A stretch of 64,000 nucleotides of DNA, taken from contig CAWBOS010000012.1 in assembly GCA_963790475.1 (NCBI GenBank), positions 768,001-832,000 on the forward strand, read 5' to 3'. Positions 9,816-21,083 of this stretch are shown piece by piece. Made by a program: the position numbers and the translations under genes. The stretch is from an uncultured delta proteobacterium. Its GTDB lineage: Bacteria > Desulfobacterota > RBG-13-43-22. The first letter of the stretch is position 1. Every line of letters begins with the position of its first letter. Below the pieces are notes generated by a model, which saw only the letters and a program-made list of their open reading frames with translations, was not told the DNA's origin and made no database searches.

Positions 9816-10445
9816 ATGAAAGCAGCCATATTTTTCACCTCAGAAGAAAAGGAACGGATCAAGACCACAACTCATTCGGTGGAATCCCGAACCGATGGAG
9901 AGGTCGCGGTCATGGTGGTGGACCAAAGCGATCGGTACCCGGATGCCGAAATCCTGGGGGGAATCATTTTTGGAGGCCTCCTTTCCTTGGTGGTCTCGGA
10001 TTTATTCTTTGATGACTCCCTTTTTTATTTCATTCCCTTAAGTTTTATCCTCTTTTTCCCTTTTCGATGGATCGGGGCCACGTTCCCTTGGCTGAAACTG
10101 TTATTTGTCGGACCTCACAGGAAAAAGGAAGCCGTTCGCCGAAGGGCCGTTCAGGCCTTTTATGAAAAAGGACTTTATAAAACGAGATTTCATACCGGCG
10201 TCTTGATTTTCCTTTCCTTGCTGGAACACAAAGTATGGATCCTGGCCGACGCGGGCATTTATGAAAAGATGACCCAGGAAACCTTAAATCGATTTTCCCA
10301 AGAAGTCTCCTTGGGGGTCAAAGAGGGCCGGGCTTGTGAGTCCTTGTGCCAAGCCATAGAAGGAATAGGCCGATTGTTGACCGAACACTTCCCCTTCACT
10401 CCTGGATATATCGATGAATTGCCGGATGAAGTGATGACTGAATAG
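9816..10445 (+). CDS. TPM-domain (DUF477-like) membrane protein
   Basis: ESRTDGEV, TGVLIFLSLLEHKVWILADAGI, ELPD; usual third gene of lemA-TPM-TPM. Confidence 0.85.
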   Translation: MKAAIFFTSEEKERIKTTTHSVESRTDGEVAVMVVDQSDRYPDAEILGGIIFGGLLSLVVSDLFFDDSLFYFIPLSFILFFPFRWIGATFPWLKLLFVGPHRKKEAVRRRAVQAFYEKGLYKTRFHTGVLIFLSLLEHKVWILADAGIYEKMTQETLNRFSQEVSLGVKEGRACESLCQAIEGIGRLLTEHFPFTPGYIDELPDEVMTE

Positions 10446-10460
10446 AACTATGGAGGACCT

Positions 10461-10877
10461 ATGGATTATCTTAAGATGACCGCTCCCTGCGGGATTGACT
10501 GTTTTAATTGTCCGATGTATCTGGCCAAAGACAATCAGGATCTGCGAACGAAGATCTCTCAGAACATGGGGATTCCTGAAGACAAGGCGGTTTGTCAGGG
10601 ATGCCGTTCCGAAAAAGGGACCATTGCCTTTCAGAACATGACGGAACCCTGCAGTGTTTATCGATGTATAGAAAATAAAGATCTTGATTTTTGCGGTGAC
10701 TGCACTGACTTCCCCTGTGATCATCTCCATCCCTATTCCGATATGGCCTCGCAAAGACCTCATAACACCAAGGTGTTCAATTTGTGTCTGATCAAAAAAA
10801 TGGGGGTGGAATCCTGGGGAAAGACCAAAGCCAAAGAAGTAAGGGACACTTATCTTAAGGGGAAATTTAAGTTGTAA
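10461..10877 (+). CDS. DUF3795-like Cys-rich protein
   Basis: APCGIDCFNC, CQGCR, C..Y.C...K...FCGDC..FPC. Confidence 0.8.
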   Translation: MDYLKMTAPCGIDCFNCPMYLAKDNQDLRTKISQNMGIPEDKAVCQGCRSEKGTIAFQNMTEPCSVYRCIENKDLDFCGDCTDFPCDHLHPYSDMASQRPHNTKVFNLCLIKKMGVESWGKTKAKEVRDTYLKGKFKL

Positions 10878-10984
10878 TCCAAACAATTGGGAATAGACCG
10901 AAAGGTCACCCCTGAACAGATAGAAAAGGTGTCCAAAAATGAAATGCTCTCGAGCTCAAAAATAATCATTTCTTACATAATCCG

Positions 10985-11167
10985 GTGTACATCGGCGATA
11001 CCGCCAGCGATGAAACCGCAGCTAAACTGTCCGGCATGGGCTTCATCCATGCTGCCTGGGGTTTCGGTCGGCAGGTCAACGAATCAACAACCGTCCACTC
11101 GTTCAGCGAGTTGCTCGGCTATTTAAGCCCTGCGGCCACAACAGAAGCTGACTACAGGCGGCCTTAA
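10985..11167 (+). pseudogene. C-terminal fragment of a HAD hydrolase
   Basis: YIGDTASDETAAKLSGMGFIHAAWGFG is HAD motif IV; no N-terminal part is present. Confidence 0.6.
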
Positions 11168-12189
11168 AAAAACTCCCGCAACTCCGTACACAACAGCTCC
11201 GGCTTCCTATAATCAAGGGACTCGCCGTGGATCTTCTCAAAATAACTGACGTCGCTGGCGCCGACTGGCGGCAATAACCTCCGGGTCACCATCCTGGCGT
11301 TCACCCGGAAAGAATCATCCTCCGGATATTTACCGGAATACAATCCAAGATTGAAACTCAGGTGATTGAATTCCTGAAAGTAACCAAAGACCTTGATCAA
11401 TCCTCGGACGAAATCTCTAATATCCCGGTCCGAAAGACCGACAAGCGAGGTCTTGCTCCTAAAAATGCTCGAAATATCCGTGACCCCTAAGGGCGCATAG
11501 CTCGCCAGCCAAGTCGTCCGGCCAAGGGCACTGATATATCGATGGCCGAGACTCTTCTCCGTGTCAATCAAGTCCTCCCAATAGTTTTTTCCAAAACGCT
11601 TCTGATAGCGTCTGCACCCCTGAATCATGGCCCCCTGGTAATGGGTGGGAAATTCACCGGCCAGAATTTGCAGGTGAGGGTGGATGATACTTCCTCCGGA
11701 CATGGGGAAATAATTCCAGTTGATGGAAAAAAACCGAACGGCCGGATCCGCCTCAACCACCCGGCGCAGAAAGAGGCAGGCAGCGGAAAAAGCGTTAAAA
11801 AGGATATCTTCAGTGAAATCGTTCAGGGGCACGTAATGCTGTTTGGTGAAAACGACCACGGCACAATGCCGGTCAAAAGGGATCCGGTTTGGGAATACGC
11901 AAACCTCCCCCAATCGCAGCTTCCCCTCTTGAATAAAATCTTCGGTGAATCGGGGGGTGACCTTCTCCAGGGCCTCAGGGCAAAAGGGGCAAACCGCTTT
12001 TCCCCCTTTCTCCAGCATCTCTTCCAAAGGCCAGGGAGGAAATTTTGTTATCGGAAGATCGAGGACCCGTGCGGTCCTCTTGGTCAGTGGATCCCAACGC
12101 GTTTCTACTGTGAGAATCATCTCCTTAAAATTATCGGCAGGATTCAAAATTTTCGTCTGCTGAATCCGTTTTTTAAAGGTTATTCCCAA
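11164..12189 (-). CDS. GalT/HIT-like nucleotidyltransferase
   Basis: ETRWDPLT, CPFCP, FPN, NWNY..SGGSIIHPHLQ; probable TTG start at 12189 after AAAGGAGA. Confidence 0.75.
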   Translation of the reverse strand: MGITFKKRIQQTKILNPADNFKEMILTVETRWDPLTKRTARVLDLPITKFPPWPLEEMLEKGGKAVCPFCPEALEKVTPRFTEDFIQEGKLRLGEVCVFPNRIPFDRHCAVVVFTKQHYVPLNDFTEDILFNAFSAACLFLRRVVEADPAVRFFSINWNYFPMSGGSIIHPHLQILAGEFPTHYQGAMIQGCRRYQKRFGKNYWEDLIDTEKSLGHRYISALGRTTWLASYAPLGVTDISSIFRSKTSLVGLSDRDIRDFVRGLIKVFGYFQEFNHLSFNLGLYSGKYPEDDSFRVNARMVTRRLLPPVGASDVSYFEKIHGESLDYRKPELLCTELREFF

Positions 12190-12481
12190 CGGCTTGTCTC
12201 CTTTCTGATGAATTCCAATTCGCAAAAAATTTAACAGGGTCAGCGAAGGGTGTCAAGGGCGAAGAAAACGCCAGCAGATGAAGAAAAAATGCAGATATCG
12301 GGATGCCTCCGGCAACGACATTATGCCCAAAGGCGAATTCGTTCGGTGGGTTAAGGAAATTCAAAGGGAAAGAAACCGGTCCAAATCCCCGAAAAGAATC
12401 AGGCCGAAGACCAGGCGTTTATCAATTTGTAAAATTAACTTGAGATAGAATTCGGAAAGGAGAGGAGAGTCAAAAAAGATT

Positions 12482-13375
12482 TTAGAATGGTATTCCGGAT
12501 TCTGGATTCTGAATTCTGGTTTCAGCAAAAAGTTCCCAGGCCCTAAAAGAGCTCCGGACCAGGGGCGCCGAGGCCACCGCAACGAATCCCATCTCCCTTC
12601 CCAGGCGGTCGTATTCCTTAAATTCGTCCGGATGAATATACTGGACCACCGGATGATGCTGAGGGGAAGGCTGGAGGTATTGGCCGATGGTCAGGAGATC
12701 GCAACCGGCCTGCCTCAAGTCTTTCATGGCTTCCAAAAGCTCCTCTTGGGTCTCCCCCAGACCGACCATGAACCCCGATTTGGTGATGATCCGCGGATCA
12801 AATTCCTTTATTTTCCGGAATAGCCCTAAGGATCGTCGATAATCGGCCAGAGGTCTTACTTCGGAGTAAAGGCGATAAATTGTTTCCATATTGTGGTTGA
12901 TCACATCGGGATGGGCATCCACCACCATCTGCATTGCTTCCGGGGACCCCTGAAAATCCGGGATCAGGACCTCCACCGTGATCTCCCTAATTCTTTCTTT
13001 TAACCCGGTTACTACTTTCGCAAAATGGATTGCCCCGCCATCCGGTAAATCGTCCCTGGTCACCGAGGTAATGACCACATGCCGGAGCCCCATTTGCTTT
13101 ACCGCTTCAGCCAGATTTGCCGGCTCATCCTCGTCCACAGGAAGGGGAAACCCTTTTTTCACCGCGCAGAAGGTACAGTTCCTGGTGCAGACGTCACCCA
13201 GGATTAGGAAGGTAGCCGTTCTTTTGGAAAAGCATTCCCCCTGATTGGGACAGAGGGCGCTTTCGCAGATTGTGTGGAGATGCAGATTACCGATCAACCC
13301 TTCCATTTCAGTCATGGTTTTGAAATCGGGGATATTCTTTTTAAACCAGTGTGGAAGCCTTCCTCGCATAATCAC
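12482..13375 (-). CDS. lipA: Lipoyl synthase
   Basis: CESALCPNQGEC, CTRNCTFC, TSVTRDDL, GQYLQP, VRSSF. Confidence 0.95.
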   Translation of the reverse strand: MIMRGRLPHWFKKNIPDFKTMTEMEGLIGNLHLHTICESALCPNQGECFSKRTATFLILGDVCTRNCTFCAVKKGFPLPVDEDEPANLAEAVKQMGLRHVVITSVTRDDLPDGGAIHFAKVVTGLKERIREITVEVLIPDFQGSPEAMQMVVDAHPDVINHNMETIYRLYSEVRPLADYRRSLGLFRKIKEFDPRIITKSGFMVGLGETQEELLEAMKDLRQAGCDLLTIGQYLQPSPQHHPVVQYIHPDEFKEYDRLGREMGFVAVASAPLVRSSFRAWELFAETRIQNPESGIPF

Positions 13376-14040
13376 TGCCTCAATTGATCAATGGAACCCT
13401 GCTTCATGGTCATGGAAAAGACTTGGGAAAAATGGACAATAAAGTGATTAATAACTTCCTCCATAGAAGAGGCCCTCTCTCTGAACCTGGCCATGGAAGT
13501 CACCCCCCTGCCTACAATACCGCAAGGGGTAATAATGGAAAAGGAATTGAGATCGGTATTCACGTTAAGAGCCAGACCATGCATGGTGATCCATTTGTGG
13601 ACGGCCACCCCGATGGCGCATATCTTATCTTCGCCCACCCAGACCCCAACGTGTTTCTGATCTCTTTCCCCGACAATAGAAAAGTCGGCCAGTGTTTTAA
13701 TGACCGTCTCCTGGAGCTCATCGATATACCGATGGATATCTTTACCCCGTTTTCGCAGATCGACAATCGGATAGACAACGAGCTGGCCCGGACCGTGATA
13801 GGTAATATCACCCCCCCGATCGGTAAAAAAGAGAGGAATCCCTTTATGGGCCAGTTCATCCCTCTCCACGAGGAGATTTCTCAGTTTTCCCGATTTACCC
13901 AGAGTCAGGGTCGGCGGATGTTCCAGCAGAAGCAAGGTGTCTTCCTCCTGTCCCGCCGCCTTCTCGGCCAAGATCCGTTTCTGGAGATCATAGGCCTCCC
14001 CATATTCGATCAAACCAACTTTATAGTACGCACACTTCAT
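13372..14040 (-). CDS. lipB: Lipoyl(octanoyl) transferase
   Basis: LLEHPP, RGGDITYHGPGQ, KICAIG, HGLALN, PCG. Confidence 0.95.
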   Translation of the reverse strand: MKCAYYKVGLIEYGEAYDLQKRILAEKAAGQEEDTLLLLEHPPTLTLGKSGKLRNLLVERDELAHKGIPLFFTDRGGDITYHGPGQLVVYPIVDLRKRGKDIHRYIDELQETVIKTLADFSIVGERDQKHVGVWVGEDKICAIGVAVHKWITMHGLALNVNTDLNSFSIITPCGIVGRGVTSMARFRERASSMEEVINHFIVHFSQVFSMTMKQGSIDQLRQ

Positions 14041-14431
14041 AATTTTTGATTTTTTTTACTCTTCTGCCCTCTGTCCCATTTTTTCCCTTATAATCCTTTT
14101 CAAAATCCTGGCCCCTGTTTTTACCGGTGAGGGTTGCCCTCAGTGAGTCTGCGCCGGTTGATTTTGAGCTTATGATGATATTAGCAAAAAAAAGCAGGAA
14201 AGGAAACGGAATGTAAAATGGGATGGCATTAATTATCAGATCAGTATGGAGTAGACAAGTTTCCCCGAAGTTTCCGACACCAGGGCATGTCTAGGATACC
14301 GCCGCAAATTTGCATCAATGGAATCTCTTAAAATTAGCGATTGGGGGTGAAATCAATAAACATTTCCTCCAGTATTCCAACAGATGGAGAGAGAACCAGG
14401 AATCCAAAGTTTTTTTTAACGAAGTCCGTTT

Positions 14432-15154
14432 TTATTTTTTTGTCGCTTTGGCCACCTCATCGATCAGAACCATGGCCTCCGGGTTTTTCACCTCCCGCCG
14501 GATGAAGATATCGGTCGGACTAGCTTGCTTGTTGTAAAAGGCGGCATTCAGGCCGTCGCGAACGACAACGACGCTCCCCTCCAGAGAAATTCCGCCGTAA
14601 AGTCCTTTGGAGCGCGAAAAACTGATCAGGTCGGCGCTGAGATTGGAGGTGGCCACTGCCGCCCCCACCCCGACCGGGCCGACGGCCACGCCCAAATCCA
14701 CCCCCAGTTTAAGGCTGTTGGATAAAAAGGAGGAAATCCCCCTATCAGTCATAACCAGAATAGCCATTTCGGAAGCCGCAGCTCCAATCTGGAGCCCAAA
14801 GCTGGCCCCGCCGACTGCATAGAAGGCCGGTCCGATCCAGGTCCCGGTCTTCGGATCATCCACCAGAAGCAGGCCATTGCCCCCCGAACCCCCAAAGATA
14901 AAGCCCGCTTTGAACAGTTCCGGGATAAGAAAGACCGCCTTGGCCCGTTTGATAAGATCTCCAAAGGCTTCCAGGTTGCGGTCGGACATGAAACTTTCCA
15001 TCATTAGCTTGGCCTTGACCACCAGTTGAGAGGCTTCCTGCTTGTCATCGGCCAGGGCCGGGGACGTCAAAAAGGTTATATTTACAAAGTTCAAAACGAT
15101 TATGGCCATAAAAAAGGCCTTTCCCAATCTCTTACACTGATTTTTCCCCTTCAT
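14432..15154 (-). CDS. SYLF/Ysc84 lipid-binding domain protein
   Basis: KAGFIFGGSGGNG, ASFGLQIG, SRSKGLYGGISLEG; ATG at 15154 with AGGAGG. Confidence 0.85.
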   Translation of the reverse strand: MKGKNQCKRLGKAFFMAIIVLNFVNITFLTSPALADDKQEASQLVVKAKLMMESFMSDRNLEAFGDLIKRAKAVFLIPELFKAGFIFGGSGGNGLLLVDDPKTGTWIGPAFYAVGGASFGLQIGAAASEMAILVMTDRGISSFLSNSLKLGVDLGVAVGPVGVGAAVATSNLSADLISFSRSKGLYGGISLEGSVVVVRDGLNAAFYNKQASPTDIFIRREVKNPEAMVLIDEVAKATKK

Positions 15155-15185
15155 GATCTCCTCCTTTTTTTTAAGCAGTCCTACC

Positions 15186-15347
15186 CTAATATCTTCTTTC
15201 CTCATGCTCATGTCGTTCTTCATGCCTTTCCCGGTCTCTATCCCCCCTATGACCTTCTCTTCCATGTTCTTCAACAGGTATAAAACATCCCCCCAGGAAT
15301 ACCGTCATGATTACCAATATCATCCCCGACATGATGATTCTTTTCAT
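15186..15347 (-). CDS. Small His/Arg/Glu-rich lipoprotein
   Basis: Signal peptide with lipobox LGGC then EEHGREGHRGDRDRERHEERHEH; GGAGG RBS. Confidence 0.65.
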   Translation of the reverse strand: MKRIIMSGMILVIMTVFLGGCFIPVEEHGREGHRGDRDRERHEERHEHEERRY

Positions 15348-15631
15348 TTCTCTACCTCCCCCGCCTAAACGAGCAGTTGTCAAAAGTTTTTTCCATAATA
15401 TAAGGGAGATGTTTCTTAAAAACTATAGGGTAAAACATGTATTTTATTAAAATAAAGCCGGTATTTTAGACCAATTTTGGAATCTTCTTCTTCCCCGGTT
15501 TTTTCTCCTTGCCCCCTCCTTGGGCTTGTCTTATATTCTTCTCATTCAAAGAGAATCCTTGTCAAATTAACCATGAGGTTCGAGAACCTTTCCCTTTCTT
15601 TTTAACTAACTAAGAAGATTGAGGTTAACAG

Positions 15632-16861
15632 ATGACCACCAGAAGGATAGCTCGAATCGAAGATTACGAGCAGTATATCGGCGCCGAAGCGATGGACCGG
15701 ATTGAAAAGAAGGCCTCCAGGCATAAGGATCTTCATGTGGTCCACATTAATTCCACCTATTACGGCGGCGGAGTGGCCAGGCTTCTTGGATCGATGACCC
15801 TCCTCATGAACAACATCGGGATCAAAACCGGGTGGAGGGTTATTCAAGGGGCACCTGACTTTTTTAGCATTACCAAAAAGATGCATAACGCGCTCCAAGG
15901 AGGCCCGATCAATCTGAGTAAGCGCAAGAAGGAGATATATCGGGAGGTGATCCGGGAAAACGTCTGCCGGAATCACCTTGACAACCATAATATGGTTATC
16001 GTCCATGATCCGCAACCACTCCCTATGGTCGAGCACTATAAGAAGGTCGGCCCCTGGATCTGGCGGTGTCATGCCGATCTCAGCAAACCCAATAAAGAGC
16101 TCTGGAAATACCTCGTTCCTTTTGTAGAAAAATATGATGCGGTCATTCCCAGTCTAAAGGAGTACGAACAACACCTCAAGGTGCCCCAACTCTTTTTTCT
16201 TCCGGCCATTGATCCCTTTTCGATCCTGAATGCGGAGATGGGACCGGAGGAAGTGAGGGAACGTTTGGAGCATTACCGGATTCCCACCGATTGGCCGCTT
16301 GTGGTGCAGATTTCCCGATTCGACACCTGGAAAGATCCGAAAGGGGTCATCGAGGCTTATAAAATCGCCCGCAAAGAGGTAAACTGCACGCTGGTGCTGC
16401 TCGGGAATGTGGCTACCGATGACCCTGAAGGCGCCGAGATCTATCATTCACTCCTTGACCGGCGCGAGGAACGTATTATTATCCTAAGCCATCAGGACAC
16501 GGCTCTGGTGAATGCGTTACAAAGGACCGCTATCGTAGTGCTGCAAAAATCCATTCGGGAGGGTTTTGGTCTCACGGTAGCTGAGGCCATGTGGAAGGGA
16601 ACACCGGTAATTGGCGGCAAAGTGGGCGGAATCCGGTATCAAATCCAAGACGGAGAGAATGGGTTTCTGGTTTCTTCGATTGAAGAAGCGGCAAAAAGAA
16701 TCGTGCAGCTGGTGAAGGATAAAGGGTTAAATAAACGAATGGGTAAAAAGGCTAAGGAGAGTGTGACTAAACATTTTTTGTTAACCCGCTATCTTGAACC
16801 CTCGATCTGTTTAGCTCCTTCGAGACCATATACCGTCTCCGGAAATGAAAAATTCTGCTAA
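15632..16861 (+). CDS. TreT-like GT4 glycosyltransferase (trehalose synthase), C-terminal frameshift
   Basis: HINSTYYGGGVA, HDPQP, WRCH, ISRFDTWKDP, EGFGLTVAEAMWKG. The natural end LDLFSSFETIYRLRK* lies in another frame after ~16799. Confidence 0.85.
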   Translation: MTTRRIARIEDYEQYIGAEAMDRIEKKASRHKDLHVVHINSTYYGGGVARLLGSMTLLMNNIGIKTGWRVIQGAPDFFSITKKMHNALQGGPINLSKRKKEIYREVIRENVCRNHLDNHNMVIVHDPQPLPMVEHYKKVGPWIWRCHADLSKPNKELWKYLVPFVEKYDAVIPSLKEYEQHLKVPQLFFLPAIDPFSILNAEMGPEEVRERLEHYRIPTDWPLVVQISRFDTWKDPKGVIEAYKIARKEVNCTLVLLGNVATDDPEGAEIYHSLLDRREERIIILSHQDTALVNALQRTAIVVLQKSIREGFGLTVAEAMWKGTPVIGGKVGGIRYQIQDGENGFLVSSIEEAAKRIVQLVKDKGLNKRMGKKAKESVTKHFLLTRYLEPSICLAPSRPYTVSGNEKFC

Positions 16862-18108
16862 TAATTCAGTAAAGAAATCAGGATTGATTCCTAAGGGTTC
16901 TTCATCTTCTTCGTATCCGGGACCGCTTTCAGGGATTGGTGCACCAAGGCCCAAGAGCTTTCTCAATTCAGGATTGACCTCCCAGGCATAACCGGGGCTC
17001 CACTGAACCTGTCCCGTAGACAGCGTCCTGGCCAGCCGGATTAGACCGTTTTGGCTGATTTCCAGCCCAAAGGCGCGTCCCAGATTGTCCAGAATCTTCA
17101 GGGAATCCATGGCGGTGAAATAACCCATATACCCAAAGAGTGAAGTGGCATCTTCCCGGATAAGTTGCTTTCTCAAGATCGGCCCCAGTTCGGTCCAGCT
17201 TTTTATGAACTGTTCCCGAACCAGGTCGCGTTCCGGGGACTTGTGGTCTAAAGCATTCACAAAGCCGTACCGCATTTCCAGCAGCGTCTTCAGCAAGGCG
17301 TGTCTTTCCTCTCCGGTCAAGGGCCTCCCAACCAAAGAAAGCAACTCCTGGACTAAAAAAAAGTCCCAGGTTTCCCAGGTATTGATAAACCCTTCCTTTT
17401 CCGCTTCGGTCAGAAGCTCGGGAGCATTACCGGGTTCAATTCCCTGAGGAACATCCAAGTCTAACAGGATTTCCGCCTCCATGGCTTTAGGACCGACCTT
17501 TACCGGACCTGGTCTGAGGGACTTCAATCCCATTTTTAATTTTTCCTGCTGCTCCGATTTAACAAAAAAGGGGAGCAATTGGGTAACCTCATTTATCGGA
17601 GGGGTCAGATCGATCATCACCTGACCCAGAGGGGGATGTACATATTTTTCAATTAATTTCCAGATGATCTTAGCTACCGTCATCTTTTCATGTCGCTGAT
17701 TATAGAAGTTGGAATCCTGCGCTTTGAATCGCAAGCGCCAAATCTCCTGTTCCAGATAGGGCTTCAGTCGGATTTCACAACTCCTTCCCAGGCCACAGGC
17801 TGAAGACAGCGAGCACCCAGTACAAAGCCGGCTCGCACCTTGATCTTATTTATAAGCAGAATCGAAGAACTCTCCGGCCTGACCCTGGGGTCGGAAAGCT
17901 CAAGGCGAACACAGCGGTTGCTTTGATCCAGCAGAACGGCTTTCCGGCCCGGCTGGGTATAAACCTGAGTCAACAAGACCGAACGAATCAAAAGGTAACC
18001 GAGGGAAACCGGCAGAGCGATGGTTTTGGGTTCGGCCCGGGCGCTGAAACCCCATCCGATAGTCAATAAACCCAGAACCAACATCAGGGGCAGGCGTTTC
18101 ATATTCAT
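16811..18108 (-). pseudogene. Split, truncated exported protein (two fragments: 17764-18108 and 16811-17734)
   Basis: A signal-peptide fragment is followed in a different frame by a long helical fragment that ends abruptly against treT. Confidence 0.5.
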
Positions 18109-18159
18109 CTTTAATATCGGCCAAAGATCTACATCAACCTTAGAAACTTCCAGAAAGAG

Positions 18160-18483
18160 GTGGAAAGCACGGTTCCTAACGGCTGCCTAAAACTCCTGTT
18201 CAAGGATTTGCAGGTCTATGATCGACGTTCAGCCGAAGAGAAAAGCCTCTTTCATAGACTCTACCTGGGGTTGGTCAGGGGCCTCCCCAAACTCCTCGAA
18301 AACAGAGTCCGTGGAGAGGCAGCTACCGAGGCCGCTATCTCAGGACCCGTCGGGAACCCCAATATCAGCACCTGGCAGATCATTGCCAATCTGATCCGGA
18401 ATGCCTTCATCAAATCCATCCTTCCAGGATTTGATGAAGAAGTGGGCCGGTCCCAAAGCAGTCCGGCACACTCGCAACAGTAA
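18160..18483 (+). pseudogene. DUF748-like C-terminal fragment
   Basis: ISGPVGNPNISTWQIIANLIRNAFIKSILPGFD resembles the conserved DUF748 C-terminus; N-terminus missing. Confidence 0.6.
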
Positions 18484-18627
18484 CGCTTCAAAACTCGTTG
18501 CCAGGCGTTTTTCAAAGGTCTCAGGATCGCGATGCGGGCACGATCTTTTTAAGCGTTTCTCCACTCTCCTGCCCGGAGGGGCGGATCTCTTACGCCTTTT
18601 GAACTTCGATCCGGTGTGGAGGTCCGG

Positions 18628-18810
18628 CTAATCCTTGGGTGGCGGTGGTACCTTGGCCCCTTTTTTACGGGCCTCCGAGAGTCCGATGGCCACAGCCTGT
18701 CTTCTGCTGGTCACCTTTTTTCCGCTTCGGCCACTCTTCAATGTTCCTTCTTCAAACTCTTCCATAACTTCTTTGACAATCTCCTGCGCTTTCTTCCCAT
18801 ATCGGGCCAT
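18628..18810 (-). CDS. DUF6496 small basic protein
   Basis: VMEEFEEGTLKSGRSGKKVTSRRQAVAIGLSEARKKGAKVP. Confidence 0.85.
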   Translation of the reverse strand: MARYGKKAQEIVKEVMEEFEEGTLKSGRSGKKVTSRRQAVAIGLSEARKKGAKVPPPPKD

Positions 18811-18903
18811 TTGATCCTCCTTTCCATTGCCCTATTTTAAACCTCGGGCTGCCTTAACACCATAACCAGGCTGAAGACGAAAAGCAGCCAACACCTCTCT
18901 ATT

Positions 18904-19290
18904 TTAATCCTTAGGTTCCTTAAAACGAGAGATCGCTTTTTTATAGGCGTTTTCCACTTCCTGAACCGCTGCGTTCATATCGGATTTTGCCTTTTCCCAC
19001 CCATGGGCGGTCGCACCCTTTACTTTCCCCCATTCCTTTTTAGCGTTTTTTTGTTTCTTGTGCAGTTCGGTCATCTCCTTATTAAACTCCTTTTTGACTT
19101 CTCCTTTTAACTCGGCAGCCTTTCCTTTCAGCTCATCGATCTTCTGGTCCAAGTCCTTAAGTTTTTCTTGCACCTCTTTCTTGTAGCCTTCTTTTTCTTC
19201 CTTTTGTGCGTCGCTCCAGGCACTCGAAAACCCTCCCAGAACAAAAGCGATGGTGATGATTGAGACCAAACCTAAGTTGCGGACTTTCAT
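18904..19290 (-). CDS. Secreted coiled-coil stress-type protein
   Basis: Signal peptide, then Lys/Glu-rich heptads (KLKDLDQKIDELK...WEKAK). Confidence 0.65.
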   Translation of the reverse strand: MKVRNLGLVSIITIAFVLGGFSSAWSDAQKEEKEGYKKEVQEKLKDLDQKIDELKGKAAELKGEVKKEFNKEMTELHKKQKNAKKEWGKVKGATAHGWEKAKSDMNAAVQEVENAYKKAISRFKEPKD

Positions 19291-19399
19291 GTTGTTACCT
19301 CCTTTTTAATGGTAGTTTGAAAGGGCGGTCAAGGCCCTATTTCAACTTCGTAAAGCCGGTGTCCGTTAAGCCGACCAACTGGGACAGGTCCTCTCCACT

Positions 19400-20783
19400 T
19401 TAAAGCCAGGGGGCAAGAAGGCGAGAAAAGAACTCCTTGATCCTTTCCAGAATCGGTCTCTGCGACCATTTCTCGCCTGTCACCTCGTCCGATGCCGACA
19501 ATGTCCTGCTCGAACATTTCTTCCATCTTGTCGGCGAATTCCTTTCCGATCACAATGACATTGATCTCGTTGTTGTAAAGGAAGCTCTGCAGGTCTATGT
19601 TGGTGGATCCTACCGTGGACCATACCCCATCGATGACCGCAGTCTTGGCATGAACCATTCGGCCATGCAACTCGAAAAGCTTTACCCCCGACTCAAGAAG
19701 ATCGCTGTAAAAGGAGCGGCCGGCATAGAGGGCGAGATTCGAATCGCTGGAGCCGGGAAGGACGATCCTCACAGCGACCCCTCGTTTTGCCGCTTCGGCG
19801 ATGGCCTTCCTGGTCTGATGGTCCGGCACAAAATAGGGCGTTGTAAGATCGATTAAATTCCGGGCGTTTTTGATGGCCGCCACGTACATAACATAAGTAA
19901 GGCGATGAGTCTCTCCCGGGAAGCTCGGTATTACCTGGACGAGCTCTTTTCCCTGAGCATTCAGGGGGGGAAAATAGTTTCTGTCGGCCAGAGAAGGCCC
20001 CTTTTGGTGACCCCAGGCTTGAATGAAAGACTTCTGCAGTTCCGCTACGGCAGGTCCTTCGATCTGAATATGGGTGTCCCGCCAGCTTTCCTTAGAATGG
20101 CCCGATTCGCCGCTCAGGGAAGAGAAACTGCCGTAATAGACGCTGCTGATATTCACTCCCCCCGTAAAGCCAATCTTTCCGTCTATGACGACCACCTTGC
20201 GGTGGTCCCGCCGGGTGGTGAGAACCTTCTTCCGTACCTTCAAGGGGTTTATGGGATTGAACTCAAGAACATTCACGCCGGCATCACGCAGGTGCTGAAA
20301 GAAGGCTGACGGCGTGCTGATCGAACCCACCGCGTCATAGAGGAGGTTTACCTGCACCCCCTCCGCCTGTTTCCTCATCAGCAGGTCGGCAAATTTCCGA
20401 CCGACCTCGTCGTCGCTGAAAATGAAAGTCTCGAAATTGATATGATCCTTCGCGCCTTTGATAGTTTTGAACATGGCCTCGTAGGTGGCCGGCCCATCGA
20501 TGAGGAGAGTGACCTTGTTTCCTGCCGTCAGCGGGTGACCGCCGACGGATTCCATGAGGGCGACCGTCTTTTTGATCAGCTCTTCGGCGTTCGCACCCTG
20601 CTGTTCCCGGGAAAGCACCGTCTGCGCCCGCGATCCGGTCAGCTTTCCCTTCGGTCCAACTATTTCAGGGGGAGTGAGAGGTGTACTTTCCGTCACCGAG
20701 GTAACATTGGGAAGTGAGGCGGCACATCCTCCCAGAAAGAATAGGCACAGGGACCCAAAAAGTGCGAGTATGGTATGCCGCAT
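19400..20783 (-). CDS. cls: Cardiolipin synthase (PLD family), 1-nt frameshift near 19502
   Basis: Two HKD motifs (RDHRKVVVIDG; VHAKTAVIDG..GSTN). The natural end LSASDEVTGEKWSQRPILERIKEFFSRLLAPWL* is in the shifted frame and stops at 19400. Confidence 0.85.
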
Positions 20784-21083
20784 TTCTGCATCCTTTATCA
20801 ACAGGGAGTCCCCGCTAAAAGAACCGTCCAGGGGAAGGTCATAGATATCCAAACCTTTTGAGATTTAATGGGGTTTAATCCTCCGTGGCCATGTTCTGAT
20901 TGCTGACGGTAGTTTTCCGGAACAGGGCTGATTTAAGGTCGCCCCTATTAAGCCTGACAGGTCTCCTCCGGCCGCTTTCTTTAATTCACGACTTCCGATC
21001 AAAGACACAACCAGAAGCGTTTGGGGGATCACCCTTAATCCTCCCGGAGGCACCTGCCTCCGGAGAAAAAATAATACAGGCCT

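Noticed and set aside
14108-14160. Hairpin leader upstream of lipB as a possible glycine riboswitch
   Set aside because: A stem-loop is present but the GGAGA/CCGAAG/CUCAGG core is not; only a weak 3' resemblance.
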